A DNA stretch of 64,000 nt from Lama guanicoe (Eukaryota): NCBI GenBank assembly GCA_013239625.1, contig MU054032.1, positions 1 to 64,000 on the forward strand, in the 5' to 3' direction. Below are positions 24,509 to 39,500 of this stretch, piece after piece. Each line of letters starts with the position of its first letter. The stretch's first letter is position 1. The notes beneath the pieces are model-generated. The model did no database searches and was not told where the DNA came from. It saw nothing but the letters and a program-made list of their open reading frames with translations. The position numbers and the translations under genes are program-made.

Positions 24509-27500
24509 ATGGAGACTTTTGATCCAGCCGAGCTGCCCGAGCTGCTTAAGCTTTATTATCGGAGGCTCTTTCCCTACGCCCAGTACTATCGCTGGCTCAA
24601 CTATGGCGGAGGTGATGGAGGCCGGGAGCGGGAGTGGGGGCGGGGGGGAGTAGTGGGTCGCGAGGGGAGTATAAGGAGATTCCGGGAGGGTAACTTGGGA
24701 TGACAGTATGAAGTGCCTCCTGTGCGCCAGGCATTGTGCGTTATCTCGAGCCCTCCCCACCACCTCCGAGGTGTAAATAAGCCGAGAGGATGTAATGAGC
24801 AGTCTGCGCCACGCATTGAAAGGCAGAGCCGCTGCTCCTACCACGACCTAGTAGGTGCAGTGTTTACCTGCCGCGGTGTCTGAGCCATGGGAAGTTACTG
24901 CGTCGTAGCAGGAAGCTGCAGACGCGTGATCTGTATCAGGGTCAGAGGGGCAGCTCCCAGAAGAGAAGAGGTCCTTAACTCTTCCCAGCTGAACTCTTTA
25001 GTGCCCACCAAGAGACGTGATATTACATATTGAAAATATTTCAGCACCTGTTTCCTCATTTTTATTTGTTCCTATTAGATGCGGGATGGTAAACTTCGAA
25101 GTAGGGACGAGCTCTTGTCTTCTGTTTGTTTTAAACATGTAGCACAGTGTTGGGCACGGAGAGCTCATTAAAAATATCTTCTCAGTAGTTAATGTTTTAA
25201 TGCTCTGAGCTGGATAAAGTACTAAATTAACTTTAAAATGTACATTTATTTTGCAGTGGTAAAGAATTACTTTCAACACCGTGAATTTTCATTCACATTG
25301 AAAGATGATATTTACATTCGCTACCAGTCCTTCAACAACCAGAGTGATCTGGAAAAGGAGATGCAGAAAATGAATCCATATAAGATTGATATAGGCGCGG
25401 TATATTCGCACAGAGTAAGAAATCTGTTTTGTTTTGTTTTTTAATGTCGTTTGTTGTTTTTTAAACTAAGAATGGAATGGTGTCCCGGGTATTTTGAGAT
25501 AAATTTTAAGAGTTTTTTCTAGTTGAAGAGCCACTCTTTAACTGTTTTTGCAAGTAGATTGTAATTTTTTTGTTCTTTGGTACTGTACATTACTGAATGG
25601 AAATCATTCGGAAGTGAACTGTATTCTTACAAGGACAAAAAAATTGAGTATCTGACTAAAAGACTAAATGAGGAAGTCAGCATGATTTAAGGGAAAGAAT
25701 TACATTTTCTCCCAGCATTGGAGAGAGTCGTTCTTGATTCCTCTACTTCTCTCATACCTGTATCTGTTTCATTAGGAAATCTCTTTTAGCTCTACCATAA
25801 TATCTAAAATCCAACCACTGCTACCAGTGCTACTACCATCATCATCATCTCTCATCTGAAATACTGTAAAAACTTCCTAACAATTTGCCCCTGTGGACCC
25901 CTAGACTCTATTCTCAACACAGCAGCCAGAAGGACTCTTAAAACAAGTAAGATTGTTGTGATTCCTCTGCTCAAAACCATTCTCCAGTGGCTCCCCATTT
26001 CACTCAATAAATGCCCCTCTGTCCCCCTCACTCACTCCGCTCCTGCCACACTGGCCCTTGCTCAGTTTCCACTGCCTAAAACCCATTTCCCCAAATATCT
26101 TCTTGGTTCATTCCCTCACCTCCTTCAAGTCCTTACTCAATAAGGCCTGTTGCAGCCTGCAATTCCTCCTACCCCCGCCTCTCACTGATATACTCTAAGT
26201 GCCTAGAATACCTAGAATACATTCAATATCTGTTGAATGAATGAACATACCAAAATCACCCTCTTCCTCTTCTTAAAGATACACACAAGGAGGAAAAATA
26301 CACACGTGGAATAATGGCTTTTCTATGGAGCTTTTTCTTATGTTGTATAACTTGTTTTTCATATCCATCCTCATTATTCTTTTTACAAAGGGAAAAACAA
26401 GACTGGAGAACTTTTAATAAATATGCCCTAGGCCACACAGTTTCTAAACAAGGGAGATGGGACCTGAACCTGGGTTTTCTGACTCAGGGGAAGAGGAGAA
26501 CAGATGAGAAAAAGGAGAAAAGGCAGGCAGGAAAAATGCTTTGGAACAGTTACTTCTTTTTTAGGGGTGGAGGTTAAAACTGAAGTGTCTATAGACCAGC
26601 CAAGGTGTCACTCTGCAACTTTCCCCTAACACTGAAGAGGGGAAAATTCTCGTTTTTTTTATTGGGCCCAGACAGAGGCATCTATAGACCTTTTCTGTGT
26701 ATTTTTTTTATGATTTTTATCAGTTATATATGCACATAGTTTACAAAATCAACTACTTCTATTAATTAGGCTTTTTTTTTTAAGGTCTCCTACTCTTCCC
26801 CTAGTTTCTGGCCGGAGGCAACCACTTTCTTTTAGTTAATTTTTAAGATATTTTCCTCCATGTCTCTAAATAACGTGCTTATATTTCTTCCATTTTCAGG
26901 GAAGTGTATAGCTCAAGTGGTAGAGTGCATGCTCAGCATGCATGAGGTCTTGGGTTCAATCCCCAGTACCTCCATTAAGAAGTAATTAATTAAATAGACC
27001 TAATTACCTCCCCCCAAAAAAACAATAATAAATAAAATTTCTTCAATTTTAAGCATTGTCTACTAACTTTCTACTCTAGCAGATGAGGATTTAGGGGTTT
27101 TTTTAATCTTACCCCCTACCCTCACCACACATAGAACCTTCCTATTCCCACATGCTCCTAGTATGTTTGTTAGATTAAGAATTAGGGTTAGATCACTAAT
27201 TCAACCCCAAACTCTGCCAGTTGTCTAAATCTCCTGATGTATTCAGACGCGTCAGGTAATTTGTCAGTTTTATCCTGAAGAAATTTCTCCTGCTGCCTTC
27301 TGACTTCCAGTCTGGATTGATTGCTCTCTAAGCCTGAAGGGTAAATATGATCTTATAGTCACCTTGGTTTCCTTTCACCTCTCTCCTATGATCTCTTGTT
27401 GCCTAGATCCTACGTTCCCTTTTTGGTTTATGCTCTTGTTTTGGTGGTGCACATCCTTGAGGAGCTTCCTAAGAAAAGGTGCATGGAAGACAAGATATTT

Positions 27501-30500
27501 GACATCTTCTTCATCTGGAAAATGTCTTCATTCTACCTTTATTCTTAACTAATGGTTGAGTTTGTAAATCATTTTCCGTCAGAATTTTGAAGACACTGCT
27601 ACATTGTCTTCCAGTTTCTAGTATTGCTGTTAAGAAGACTAATGCCATTCTGATTCTTGTCCCACTGTGTTGGACCTGGAAGCTCTTAGAATTTTCTGTC
27701 TATCCCCTCTGTCCCTAGCGTTCTATGATTCCACAGTGGTGTTCCTTGGTGTACATCTTTTTTCATCTGTTGTGCTGGATAACTGATGGGCCTTTATGAT
27801 CATGAGCTTGTGTCGTTCAATCCTGGGAAATATTCCTTTTTATTGATTTATTTATTTTTAAGGCTCTCTCTTTTTTTTTTAAGCTTTTTTTTAAATTTAT
27901 TTTTAAATCTTACTTTATTTATTCTTAAATTTTTAGGGGGAGGAGGTAATTAGGTTTTTTTATTTTGTTTTACTATTTTTTCAAATGGAAGTACTGAGGA
28001 TTGAACCCAGGACTTTATGCATGCTAAATACACACTCTACCACTGAACTGTACCCTCCCCTCTCCTTTTTATTTTGAATATAATTTTTCCTACTTATTTT
28101 CTCTTGTCTCTCTAAAAACCCTAAAGTCAGATGTTATGTCTTAGCCTGGTCCTCTAATTCCATATTTTTCTTCCTATTTTCTATTTCCATTTTCTCTACT
28201 TTCTGGAGAATTTCCTTGGGTTTCCATTTCGGCTATTATATTTTAATTTCCAAGAACTTTTTTTTTTAAAGCATTCTGTACTTTTCTCATTGGTATGTCT
28301 TATCTCACTGAGGATATCAATGATAGTTTTTTAATTTTTCTTTTGTTACACAGTCTGTTTTCTCTAAGTTGCTTTTTTTCTGTTTCCTCTTTTATATCAG
28401 AGGCTTTCCTTGTATGTCTGGTAATTTCTTGCTTGTGGCTTATATTTAAGAATAGAGTACTGGGAAATATATACAAGATCTTATGGTAGCTCACAGAGAA
28501 AAAAATGTGACAATGAATATATGTATGTTCATGTATAACTGAAAAATTGTGCTCTACACTGGAATTTGACACAACATTGTAAAATGATTATAACTCAATA
28601 AAAAATGTTAAAAAAAATAGAGTACTAAAAAGCTGATTGGAAGCTCTGTATACATGGCTGAGATTTATAGAGTGATCTGGCTGGACCATTTTATTGGGGA
28701 GACAAGCTCTGATGTCAGTTTCCCTAGATCTTTGTTAGAATGAAAACTCCACTGATACAGAGATCTTTGTTTTGATCACTGATCTATTCCTAGAGCCTAT
28801 AATAGTGCCTGACACACCCAGTCAGAGCCTTCAGAAAGGAATCTTCTGTCTCCTGCCTGGGGTGGCAGTGGAAGGGTATAGAGGAGAAGGCTGGAGCTCA
28901 ACATTCTACACATAAATGTCTAATTAATCCCCTGAGTAGCAGTACAATACAACCTTCTTCAGCTGTGCCTGTTGTTCCCTCAGTTCAGAGACCATCTGTT
29001 TATGCTCTCCAGATAATAATTCAGGTGTCTTTGCCAGGGAAATGGAGGTATAGTCGCCTGCCTCTGCAGAGTAAGTGTAGGATTATGGGAACTAACTGCT
29101 TCATAAATAGATTTTTAACCAATCCTCCTATTTTTAATCCCAGCTGCAGAGATACCAGTTGTTAACTTATTCCTGAGACTTTTAGGGATGCTGAGATGTA
29201 AATTGGGTTGCTTCTTAATCTTTCTTTACTGAGAGCTGAAAATTTAGCTTTTATAGGCCTCCTTATAAAAATTCTGGTATTGTCTCCTCTCTGGTTCTTT
29301 TTTAAAAAGTTTGTGCCTTTCTTTAATTAACTAATATATTTATTAATTTAATGAACCTGTTATTTTTGCACAGATATGGAAAGAACCAAGTATTTGTATT
29401 CAGTCCGCCTTCTTTACCTAGTAGTCCATAGCCTCAAAGGAGGTTACTTACAGTTTGAGCCAAACTAACTGGGGAGATCTCTTTGAATTATTGAAACTTT
29501 TTAAATACATTTTTATTACTTATATGCCCAATAACAATTAAAGGTCTTCAAAACACCTTGTAATAGGTCATTAATTATTTGTATGTACTTTTCCATGTCA
29601 GAAACCTAAAAAATCTTTATTATGATTTCTATAGATCAACAAATATTTATTATACAATGTCATATGTCAATTATATCTCAGTAGAACAAGAAAAAACTAA
29701 ATATTTATGGTAACATGTATTTATCAAACCCTTTTTTTTAAGTAGATGAAAGTTACACTGTCATCATTTCTGGATGTATAGGATCTGAATGAATGAGCTT
29801 CACCTGACATGGACTTAGCATTATATGATTTCTTCACTTCTCTTTGGCCACTTTTTCCGTGTGGGTAGAAGATAAGCTTATTTGGCAGCATGGCACTTCT
29901 TATACAAACTGACTGATATTTTGTACTTGTAGCCCAATCAGCACAATACAGTGAAGCTGGGAGCTTTCCAGGCTCAGGAAAAAGAACTGGTATTTGACAT
30001 TGACATGACAGACTATGACGATGTGAGGAGATGTTGTAGGTGAGTTTCGCATGGTTTACTGGTAGGTTGGATAATATGACAGTAGGTAATGATGATTCTG
30101 TTCCAGTTCTGCAGACATATGTTCTAAGTGCTGGACCCTCATGACGATGGCCATACACATCATCGACCGAGCATTGAAAGGCAAGTATTGACGGTGTCTG
30201 AGTGGGGTCAAATGCAAGAATCTGTTTTTTGCTGAATATTAGTCTATCTGTACCATTTTATAATCAAATCTCATAAGTATCTAACATGTTTCTTTGAAAC
30301 GTGATAGGAAAATGAAAGATTAGAATAAAGTTGTACTTGAAACTTCAGTAAAGCTATTGATCAGATCACTGAGTTTTTCCCCAACTCATTTATCTCTTGA
30401 GCAACTCAGTATGCTTGGTACTGTCCCAGATGAGGGAAACAGTGAAAGATAATTCTTACCTCACGTAGGTTATGCGATCTGAGGAGGAAACAAATAAGAA

Positions 30501-33500
30501 AATTGAGGGTTACATTTGTGTTATTATGCACAGGCTGCTATAGGAATATAGAACAGCAGGAGTACATACTGGAATGGGAAGAGATTAGATCAGAAAAGGC
30601 TTCCTAGAAGAGGTGATGAAAGGATGATGATGATGATAATAGCTAACGCTTATATAGGGGCTTATTATGTGCCAGGCTCTGTTCTAAACACTTTAAAATT
30701 ATCAACTCTTAATATCCCTAGACTAGGTCTTTGAAGATATATCTGGCAGTTGGTCAGAGAGAGAAATGAAAGTACTCGGGCAGGAAGAAATTCTTAGCAG
30801 AGAGACCAGGATAGGTAAATAGCTGAAGGCAAGAGCTACAAGTAACGTACAGTTGATCTTTGAACAGCAATGGGTTTGAACTGCACGGGTCCACGTATTA
30901 CAGATTTTTTTTCAATAGTAAGTACTAGAGTACTGCATGATCCACAGATGGTTGAGTCCACGGATATAGAACAAGAATAAAGAGGATCTGCTGGTGCAGA
31001 GCAACTGTTTCTATGGAGGGCCTACTCTAAGTTATACACAGATTTTCATCTGCAGAGGGTTGGCATCTAAACCCCCCACTTTGTTCAAGGGTCAGTGGTA
31101 GTCTACTTAAGCTAAGTACATGTGGATAGGAGGTGAAAAAATGAAGCTAAGGAAGTAAGCAGGAACCAGAAGTTTATATATTTGTTTTAAAACCTATTAT
31201 TTCTCCCCTCCTCAGAGGACTTTGGATTTAAGCATCGTCTCTGGGTATATTCCGGAAGGAGAGGTGTTCATTGTTGGGTCTGTGATGAATCAGTCAGAAA
31301 ACTGTCCTCTGCAGTACGTTCTGGGATAGTTGAATATTTGAGTCTTGTAAAGGTAAGGTCCTAATGACAATTTACAGTTCTTTGTTTGCTAGATATTACC
31401 AAGACTGGTATGTTTGGTAACAAAATTGAACTATCTTTTATAGCATCCACATTTCAGAGTAGATGTTTTATCAGTAGGTCAATTAAAATCATAGTAGCTA
31501 CTTTTTTTTTAACATTTTTTATTGATTTATAATCATTTTACAATGTTGTGTCAAATTCTAGTGTTCAGCACAATTTTTCAGTCATTCATGGACATATACA
31601 CATTCATTGTCACATTTTTTTCTCTGTGATTTATCATAACATTTTGTGTATATTTCCCTGTGCTATACAGTGTAATCTTGTTTATCTATTCTACAATTTT
31701 GAAATCCCAGTCTATCCCTTCCCACCCTCTACCCACCTGGTAACCACAAGTCTGTATTCTCTGTCCATGAGTCTATTTCTGTCCTGTATTTATGCTTTGT
31801 TTTTGTTTGTTTGTTTTTGTTTATGTTTTTTAGATTCCACATATGAGCGATCTCATATGGTATTTTTCTTTCTCTTTCTGGCTTACTTCACTTAGAATGA
31901 CATTCTCTAGGAGCATGTTCTGGTTCAAGTATGTCAAGTAGAGTTAACCCAGAAAGTTACAGCTATTGAGACCATATAAAATAGCACCCAAGGTTCTATA
32001 CTTTCACAGAATTTAATTAATATCTTGGAACATGTTAAAGAAATTTTTAATTATTTCATTCACTTATGTTATATAATTTACATGAAGTTCTCTTTTGATG
32101 GCTTGTTTTTCAGGGTGGTCAAGATGTTAAAAAGAAAGTTCACCTAAGTGAAAAAATTCACCCTTTTGTCAGGTCTGTCGGAAAAGACTCCATGCAGTTT
32201 AACTTGTGTCTGATTTACCTGCATGTGCTTTTGGAATTACCTTATCAATTTTCCCTGCTGGGGTAGCATTTTACAGTAATAATGGGTAGAGTTAATTGAG
32301 TCTCTGTTTTATGCTCCAGTATTCATGATACATGCTTCATAAATGTTCTCATTGGTTTCCACGACAACCTCATGAGGGACATGATGGTATCTCCACTTAC
32401 AGATGAGGAAAGCAAGATTTGGAGAGATTGTGTAATTTGCTTGGCTTCACATAAGTAATTTTTAAATTCCGATTCACGTCCTAGTCTGCCTGACTCCAAA
32501 AACCATACTCTTTCCACTGAATTCACTACTCCTCTGGGGTAATGGAAAGAGCACTGCATTAGGAGTAAGAACCCATATTCTGCCACTTTAATACAACCCT
32601 GACAAAATATCAGAACCTCTGTTTCTTATCAGTTTGGTGGGGAGAATGAAGTCCACTCCATCTATCTTACAGAGTTGTGGCAAAGATTAAATGATACGGT
32701 AAATGTGAAGTCTATTTGCAAGTTGCTAAGCACCATATAATTGTTGAGATGCTGAAGCAAGCTATGTGGCGTATATGTGGCTAAGAGTGTTGGGACTGTT
32801 GTTTTTCCTACAGAAAATCTATAAACATAATTGAAAGAGACTTTGAAAGATATGCCTTGGTTGATCAAGATATTCTTGGAAATAAAGAAAGCTGGGATAA
32901 GATTTTAGCCCTTGTTCCTGAAAATATCCTTTCCCAAAACCATTTCTATGAGAGCTAATTGTATTGATCTATGCTGTTATAAGTATGTTCTGCCTGCATT
33001 TTCCCATATACTTATTCTTATGTTTAATCTTTTTTATACAAAACATCTATATTCTGCATTTTTATTATCTCTAGTCTGGAATACAATAAGAAGTGAGGCC
33101 ATTTTGTAAATAAACTTCCTCATTTTGGAAGTTGATCCTCCTAAAATTAACGACTATTTAAAGGATACTGAATCATCATCAAAATATGTACAGACTAGGG
33201 AATGGTTTTACCTTAAACCATATAGTTATTTTTGGCATTCTTTCTATTATATCACTAATATATTCTTACAGGGAATGTTTTTAAGGATATGTGTTTAATA
33301 TTTGCATTTTACAAAACACTGATTACTTTAAACTTTAGACATCTTTGTGGTAATGCATATGAAAATAAGCTGTTCATTGATGTGCCCTAAATGAGTATGT
33401 TCCTTAATGACCCATCACCAATGCATGATAAACTTCAACAGAACTTTCAAAAGGATCACAATTCACTTCAGCGTTGGGAGCATTTGAAAAAAGCAATCAG

Positions 33501-36500
33501 CAAATATCAGGTATAATCCACTGAAATCTGTATTACAAATACAATAATACAATTCTTTATCAAATTCTGATTATTTTGCTAAGTAAGTTAAAGATGGTTG
33601 AAGGTCATATTTTAACCACTTTAACGAAATCCTCAAAAGTTCCTACTGCTCCTCATGTTGGATTTGCATCTGTTTTCAGAGTAACAACAAAAATGACAAA
33701 TGTGGACCCTGGCTTGAGTGGGAGATCATGCTCCAGTACTGTTTTCCACGACTGGATGTCAATGTTAGCAAAGGAATCAATCATTTATTGAAGAGCCCTT
33801 TTAGTGTTCATCCTAAAACAGGTACTATGTAAAGGAAGTAAGGAAAACTAAAAGAAAAATCAAAGTTTTTTTTTTAAAGCATGTCACTGGGGGTGAATGT
33901 CTGAAATAGTAAAGGTTGAAGAATTATTCTGTCAGCTAATACCTGTTAACTTATTTTTCAGTTGTCGATTAGTAGCTACCAGATGAGTTTCCAGTATGTA
34001 AATAATTTGCAGCTGGGTTTCTGAGGCTCCATTTTAGAGTTGGAGAGGATCTTAGAAATCACAGAACAACAGCTCTCATTGTACAAATGAGAAAACACTG
34101 ACCCAAGAAATGACTTGTCCACAGTCTTAAAACAAGTTGTGTCAGCGCTAGGAGCAGAGTTCAGGTCTTAAAACTCAGCGTTCTGTGCGTTTTTCACTAT
34201 GCTGCTTCCCTCAGTTCTTTTTCAATAGGCGTAGCTTTTCCTCTTTCACATTTCTTTTAGATATTCTCTTAATATTTGTTTTAAGCTTAATTTTAAAGCT
34301 TCAGTGAGTATCCCCTTATTCTAATATTCAAGGTTTGGGTAAATAATTACATTCATTCATAAGTGTGTACATTTTTATTATATCCTTTTCTCATTAAATA
34401 GCTGCAGTCTTTTTACTCTGTCTTCAAACAGTAGCTCCCAATTCCCTTATTATTTTATTTGTTAGTCACCTGGCATTCTTTAAACTCATTATCTCATTTT
34501 TGAAATATGGTGAATTTTGTGTGGTGCCCCAGTTGTAGATACTGTAAAAGGGTAATACAATGTCATCTATTTTATTTCCAAAGATGTCCAACATATAGGT
34601 GTCTGTTTTGATCTCAGCAAATAAATCAAAGTAATGAAATGAATTATTTCCATCTATTCTGTTCCATTTTCAGGACTCACTAAATTTGAGATTGTTCTGT
34701 ACTTAAATACAGGAGGATATAGGGAAGAGAAAGATAGAAATAAAAATAGAAATAAGAGCAAGTAGGTTAAATCTCAACAGACTTTCACACCTATTTTTTT
34801 GGTATTTTGTTGAGAGAAATAAAAGGCATAGTTAATGTGAAAATACTTTTAATTTATATTTCTAAATATTGTACTTAACAGATAAGTCTAACTCTCTTTC
34901 TAAGCCTTAGATTAAAATTTTAGCCAAAAATAATTCATAGGAGACAGCCTATAATGAGTTGTATCTCACAGTCATCAATTTATAACTTTTGGTTCTCACA
35001 GGTCGCATTTCTGTGCCTATTGATTTACAGAAAGTGGATCAGTTTGATCCGTTTACTGTTCCAACCATAAGGTATGTTCCAAATCATTGATCACTCCTTT
35101 GTGATTATTGTTCTAAATTTGCAATATATACAATGAAATCCCTCCCAGAGAGGCAGCTTATCTGAGGCTATATGCTGATGCCCTAGCAGAGCAACATTTC
35201 ACAGTAAGTTCCACAGAACACAAGTTTTTCAGCTGCTGTTATGCAAAAACAAAAAGATTTTAAGTTCAAATAAGTTTGGGAAATGCTGACTTAAACAGAT
35301 TAAAAGTTCTTTACTGTCTTTCCCAGTCTTTAATATGCTAATATGCACGGAAAACTCAAAGAAGAGACTGTGGTTTTTGGAATCTCCAAAATTTAGTTGG
35401 CCACATAATTTTTTCACATAAAATCTTGTAGGATTCATGTGCTATCATACACTGAGTAATGCTGACCAAGAACCAACTTTAAAATTCTCTTATTCTATTA
35501 TTTGTAGTTCCATCTGCCATGAATTGGATGCCATTTCCACTAATGAAGACGAAAAAGAGAATGGAGCTGAATCAGATATCAAACGTAGAACCAGAGGTAG
35601 GTTAACATATTGAAGTCTCACTTTAACATAAGCTTTTTATAAGGACATCCTTCTGTCACTCCAGCAATGGATTCTTCTTGGATTCAGCCCAAAATGGATC
35701 AATGTTTATCCTGAAACCAGCTCAGTAACAAATAATGTTACAGCAATGTTTCTGTTATTTATCAATTGCCCAAATGGTGCTGTTGAATCCAACAGATATT
35801 TACTAAGTAACATCTGGATCCATACTGTAAGATTAAATTGTTGATTGGTATCGATAGTTATTTGACTCTCACAGTCTTAGATTCAGCAGCTATTTAACTG
35901 TATGCAATACTTCTGTTCTGTTCTTTGTTTTTACATCCACATGAGTGTTATGTTAAATATATGTCTAAACTGTGATTGAATTGTATATTCAAGAATTTGA
36001 AGGAGCTAGGAATACAAAATTTCCTGTTCATGGAAGTCAGATCTTCTTACACCAACACCAAGAGACGCTCTATAGCGATAGAATCCAATAGTGCTTTATG
36101 TGACGATGGAAATGTTACGCACTGCCCAAATGATCATCACTAGCCACATGTGGCTTTTGAGCACCTGAAATGTGAGAATTAGATGTTTTATTTCATTTAA
36201 TTTTAATTTTAATAGCTTCATGTGGCTGGTAACTACTATAATGAACAGTGCAGATCTCTGAACGACCTTTCACTTCGTATATTCCAGCTCTACCATAATA
36301 CCTAAATATAGTACGTTCCACCATCAATGTCTGTAGAGTGATTTACAAGCATTCTGTTTAAAATAATGGAAAAAAGTCTCTAACTAAAAAAGTCATAATA
36401 AACTGGAAAAAGGAACTCAGGGAAAACAGGCAGTGCAAGGAACAAAGGAAACCTTTTTTAAAAACACTAATATCCTCAAAGAACAAGAGAAGATAGTGTA

Positions 36501-39500
36501 TCCTTGAAGCAAGGTCAGAATGGTATGAAAAAGGAACACTCAGAGAAGAAGAAAGAGGTCTTAGAAATCAAAAAGATAATCATTAGAATGAAAAGTTCAG
36601 TGGAAGAGCTGGAAAAGAAAAGTTGAGATTTCCTAGAAAGTACAAAAAAGACAAGTTTGTTGTGGTTTTAAGGAGGAAAAAGATAAATTGAAGGCTGGTT
36701 CAGGATATCTAATATCTGACTACAGGAGTTTCAGGAAAATAAATAAATAAAACAGGGTGGAAAAATTGTCAAAATTATATAGGAAAATATCCCAGAAATC
36801 AGCCCTTTATTGAAAGGGCTCAGCATAATAAAACAGACTTACACCAAGGCACAGCATTTTGAAATTTAACACTAAGAATTAACAGAAGATCTTAAGAGCT
36901 TTCAGACCCCTTCCTACTACCCCACCCCCCACAAAAAAAAAAACAACCCATAGAACTAGGAAGAATGGCCTTAGATTTCTAAGTAACAATGGAAGTACTC
37001 ATTTTTAGAAATGAGTGCTAGAAAAGAAAAAAGCAGTTGCCATTCAAGAGGATGAAGATTTTTTTTTAATTGAGGTATAGTCAGTTTACTATGTTGTGTC
37101 AATTTCTAGTGTACAGCACAGTACTTCAGTCATACATAAGTATACATATATTCATTTTTGTATGTTCAGAGGTTTTAAAAAGCAAGTTTTGGTTCCCTAT
37201 AAGGAGGAATTTTCTAATAAATAAAAATGTTCAAAAATAAACTGACCTGCCTATCATTTCAAGTGTTCATAAAGGCTAGTAGCCATCAGTAAATCAGAAA
37301 TGTGTTAGAGGTGGTGGGAGGCTGGAATAGATGATATATAAGTTCCTTATGATTTCTTTAGTTTCTGTGATTCTAAACCTTTGCCCTTTTTCAAATTAGT
37401 ATCATTTGCTCCTTCTCTTCTACTTCCCAAATCCTAGAATGTTCTCCACTCTCTTGTCTGATTATCTAATTATATCTCTTTTCTAAGACCCAGTTCACAG
37501 CCACTTCAGTCAACTTTCATTGGTCAATCTTTGGACTTGTTATTATCCATATGCCTGTTTGGCCTTTAATTATGTATTGTTTTGTATTGTGTGTGTGTGT
37601 GTGTGTGTGTATCCTACCTTTTCAACTGTATATTATATAATTTAAATCTAAACATAGATCAAGTATTTCTAATGATAATATGGTGTTTAAATTGAGATGT
37701 ACTTTAAGTACAAAATACTAAATTTCAAAGACTTAGAAGGAAAGAGAATGTAAAATATTTCAATGTTTATCACATGTTGAAGTGATATTTTAGATCTACT
37801 GGGTTAAATATACTGTTAAAATTAATTTCACCTTTTTAATGTGGCTACTAGAATGTTTAAAATTACAAGTCTCATACTTCTATTGGACACCACTATTCTA
37901 AAGAATTCTTACAAGAAACTTAAAAGTTATACTTTAATGTTATTCTTGCTGTCAAAATGCTAATTATAATGCATGGTCTTCATAATTTAGATTACAAGAA
38001 GACCAGTCTAGCTCCTTTTGTAAAAGTTTTTGAACAGTTTCTTGAAAACCTGGATAAATCCCGAAAAGGAGAACTTCTCAAGAAGAGTGGTAAGGCTCTA
38101 CACCTTTCCCTTTTAGATATTTAGATCTTAGTATGGGCAGTGAACAATTTTTAGAGCTCTAGTCTTTGCCATCCCACAAAGTTATTAATTTATCTTATTA
38201 TCCTCAGTATTCTGAATACTGAAGCCCCTTAATTCAGTTCAGCACATACTCATATAACAACCTTCTGTGTGACAGTACTACAAGGGAAACAAAGATAAAT
38301 AATACAAAGATGAATTCCATACCATAGCTCCCTACCTTTAGAGAGCACTAACTGGTATAAAACAAAGTACAAAATGCTAAGAAAGAGATCTTATCTGACT
38401 GAGATAACCTAAGAAGATTTTTTTATGAAAAGGATGGTATTCAAACTCTTTTCAGTGAACTGCTGTACAAATTCTCATCCCCAATGCCAATATACCATGC
38501 CTTGAGATATGAGTAGGATTTCTGCAAGCAGAGATCTGATGAAATAAAAGTACATGAGTGGAAAAAGGAGACAGGTTGTTCCCTCTTGAAGGAACAAAGG
38601 CATAGAGGCAGGGAAAGTATCAGATCACTTTAGAGGCCGTCGAGTAGTACAGCTAATCAGGAATAAGATGTGTGAGGAAGTGATGGGATGGAAATCTGAA
38701 GAGACAGTCTGAAGCCAGAGTATAGACAGCCTTGAATTCCAGTCTTGAGAGTTTAATTCAAATGGGACAGGGAAGCTATTCAAGGTGATTGAGAAAGGGA
38801 GTGTCATGATTTGTAGTTTTATCTAGAAAAATAAATCTAGCAACAGTGTATCTGAGGAGAGGTGGGGGATAGACTAGAGCCCGAGAGGTCAGCTGAGCTA
38901 TTAGCATTAGGACAGCATTGGAGATCTCCAAAAAGTGCAAATACTGGAGCCATCCTTGGGACTTAGAAATGATTTTTTGGAAGTTGGAGAGATGAAAGAT
39001 GAAAGTAAAAGTGTCACAAGCCAAATGAAAGGCAAGTTTCAAGGAGATGTATCAAGTGTCAAACACAGTAGGGAACTGATAAAATCCTGCTGGATCTGAG
39101 AACTAGAAGGAGGTGCTAAGAGGATAGCAGTGTCAGAGTCATTTGAGCAGGAGACATATTGTGTCTCCTTGAGCATGTGTGTAAGCCAAAAGGAAAAAAA
39201 ATCAGTAATGAATATTATTCAAGAGATTGATACATACCATAGAAAACTGGCAACATTATAGAAATACAAACTCCCTTTCTACTTCATTTTTGATGGTTAA
39301 AGAGTAGTGCTTAAGATAATGCTCTCTACTCACAGTAGACACTCAAATATGTGCTTACTGAATGAACAATGATGACTCTGAACTTGGAAAGCCTCATTGA
39401 AGCTGCCATTCCAACTGGCCATGTTAAGTCCTTTGTATTCTTCTGTACTAGCTTAGCCTATAATGTGGGCTTCAGCAAATGTGAAAGCAGATCTTTATGC

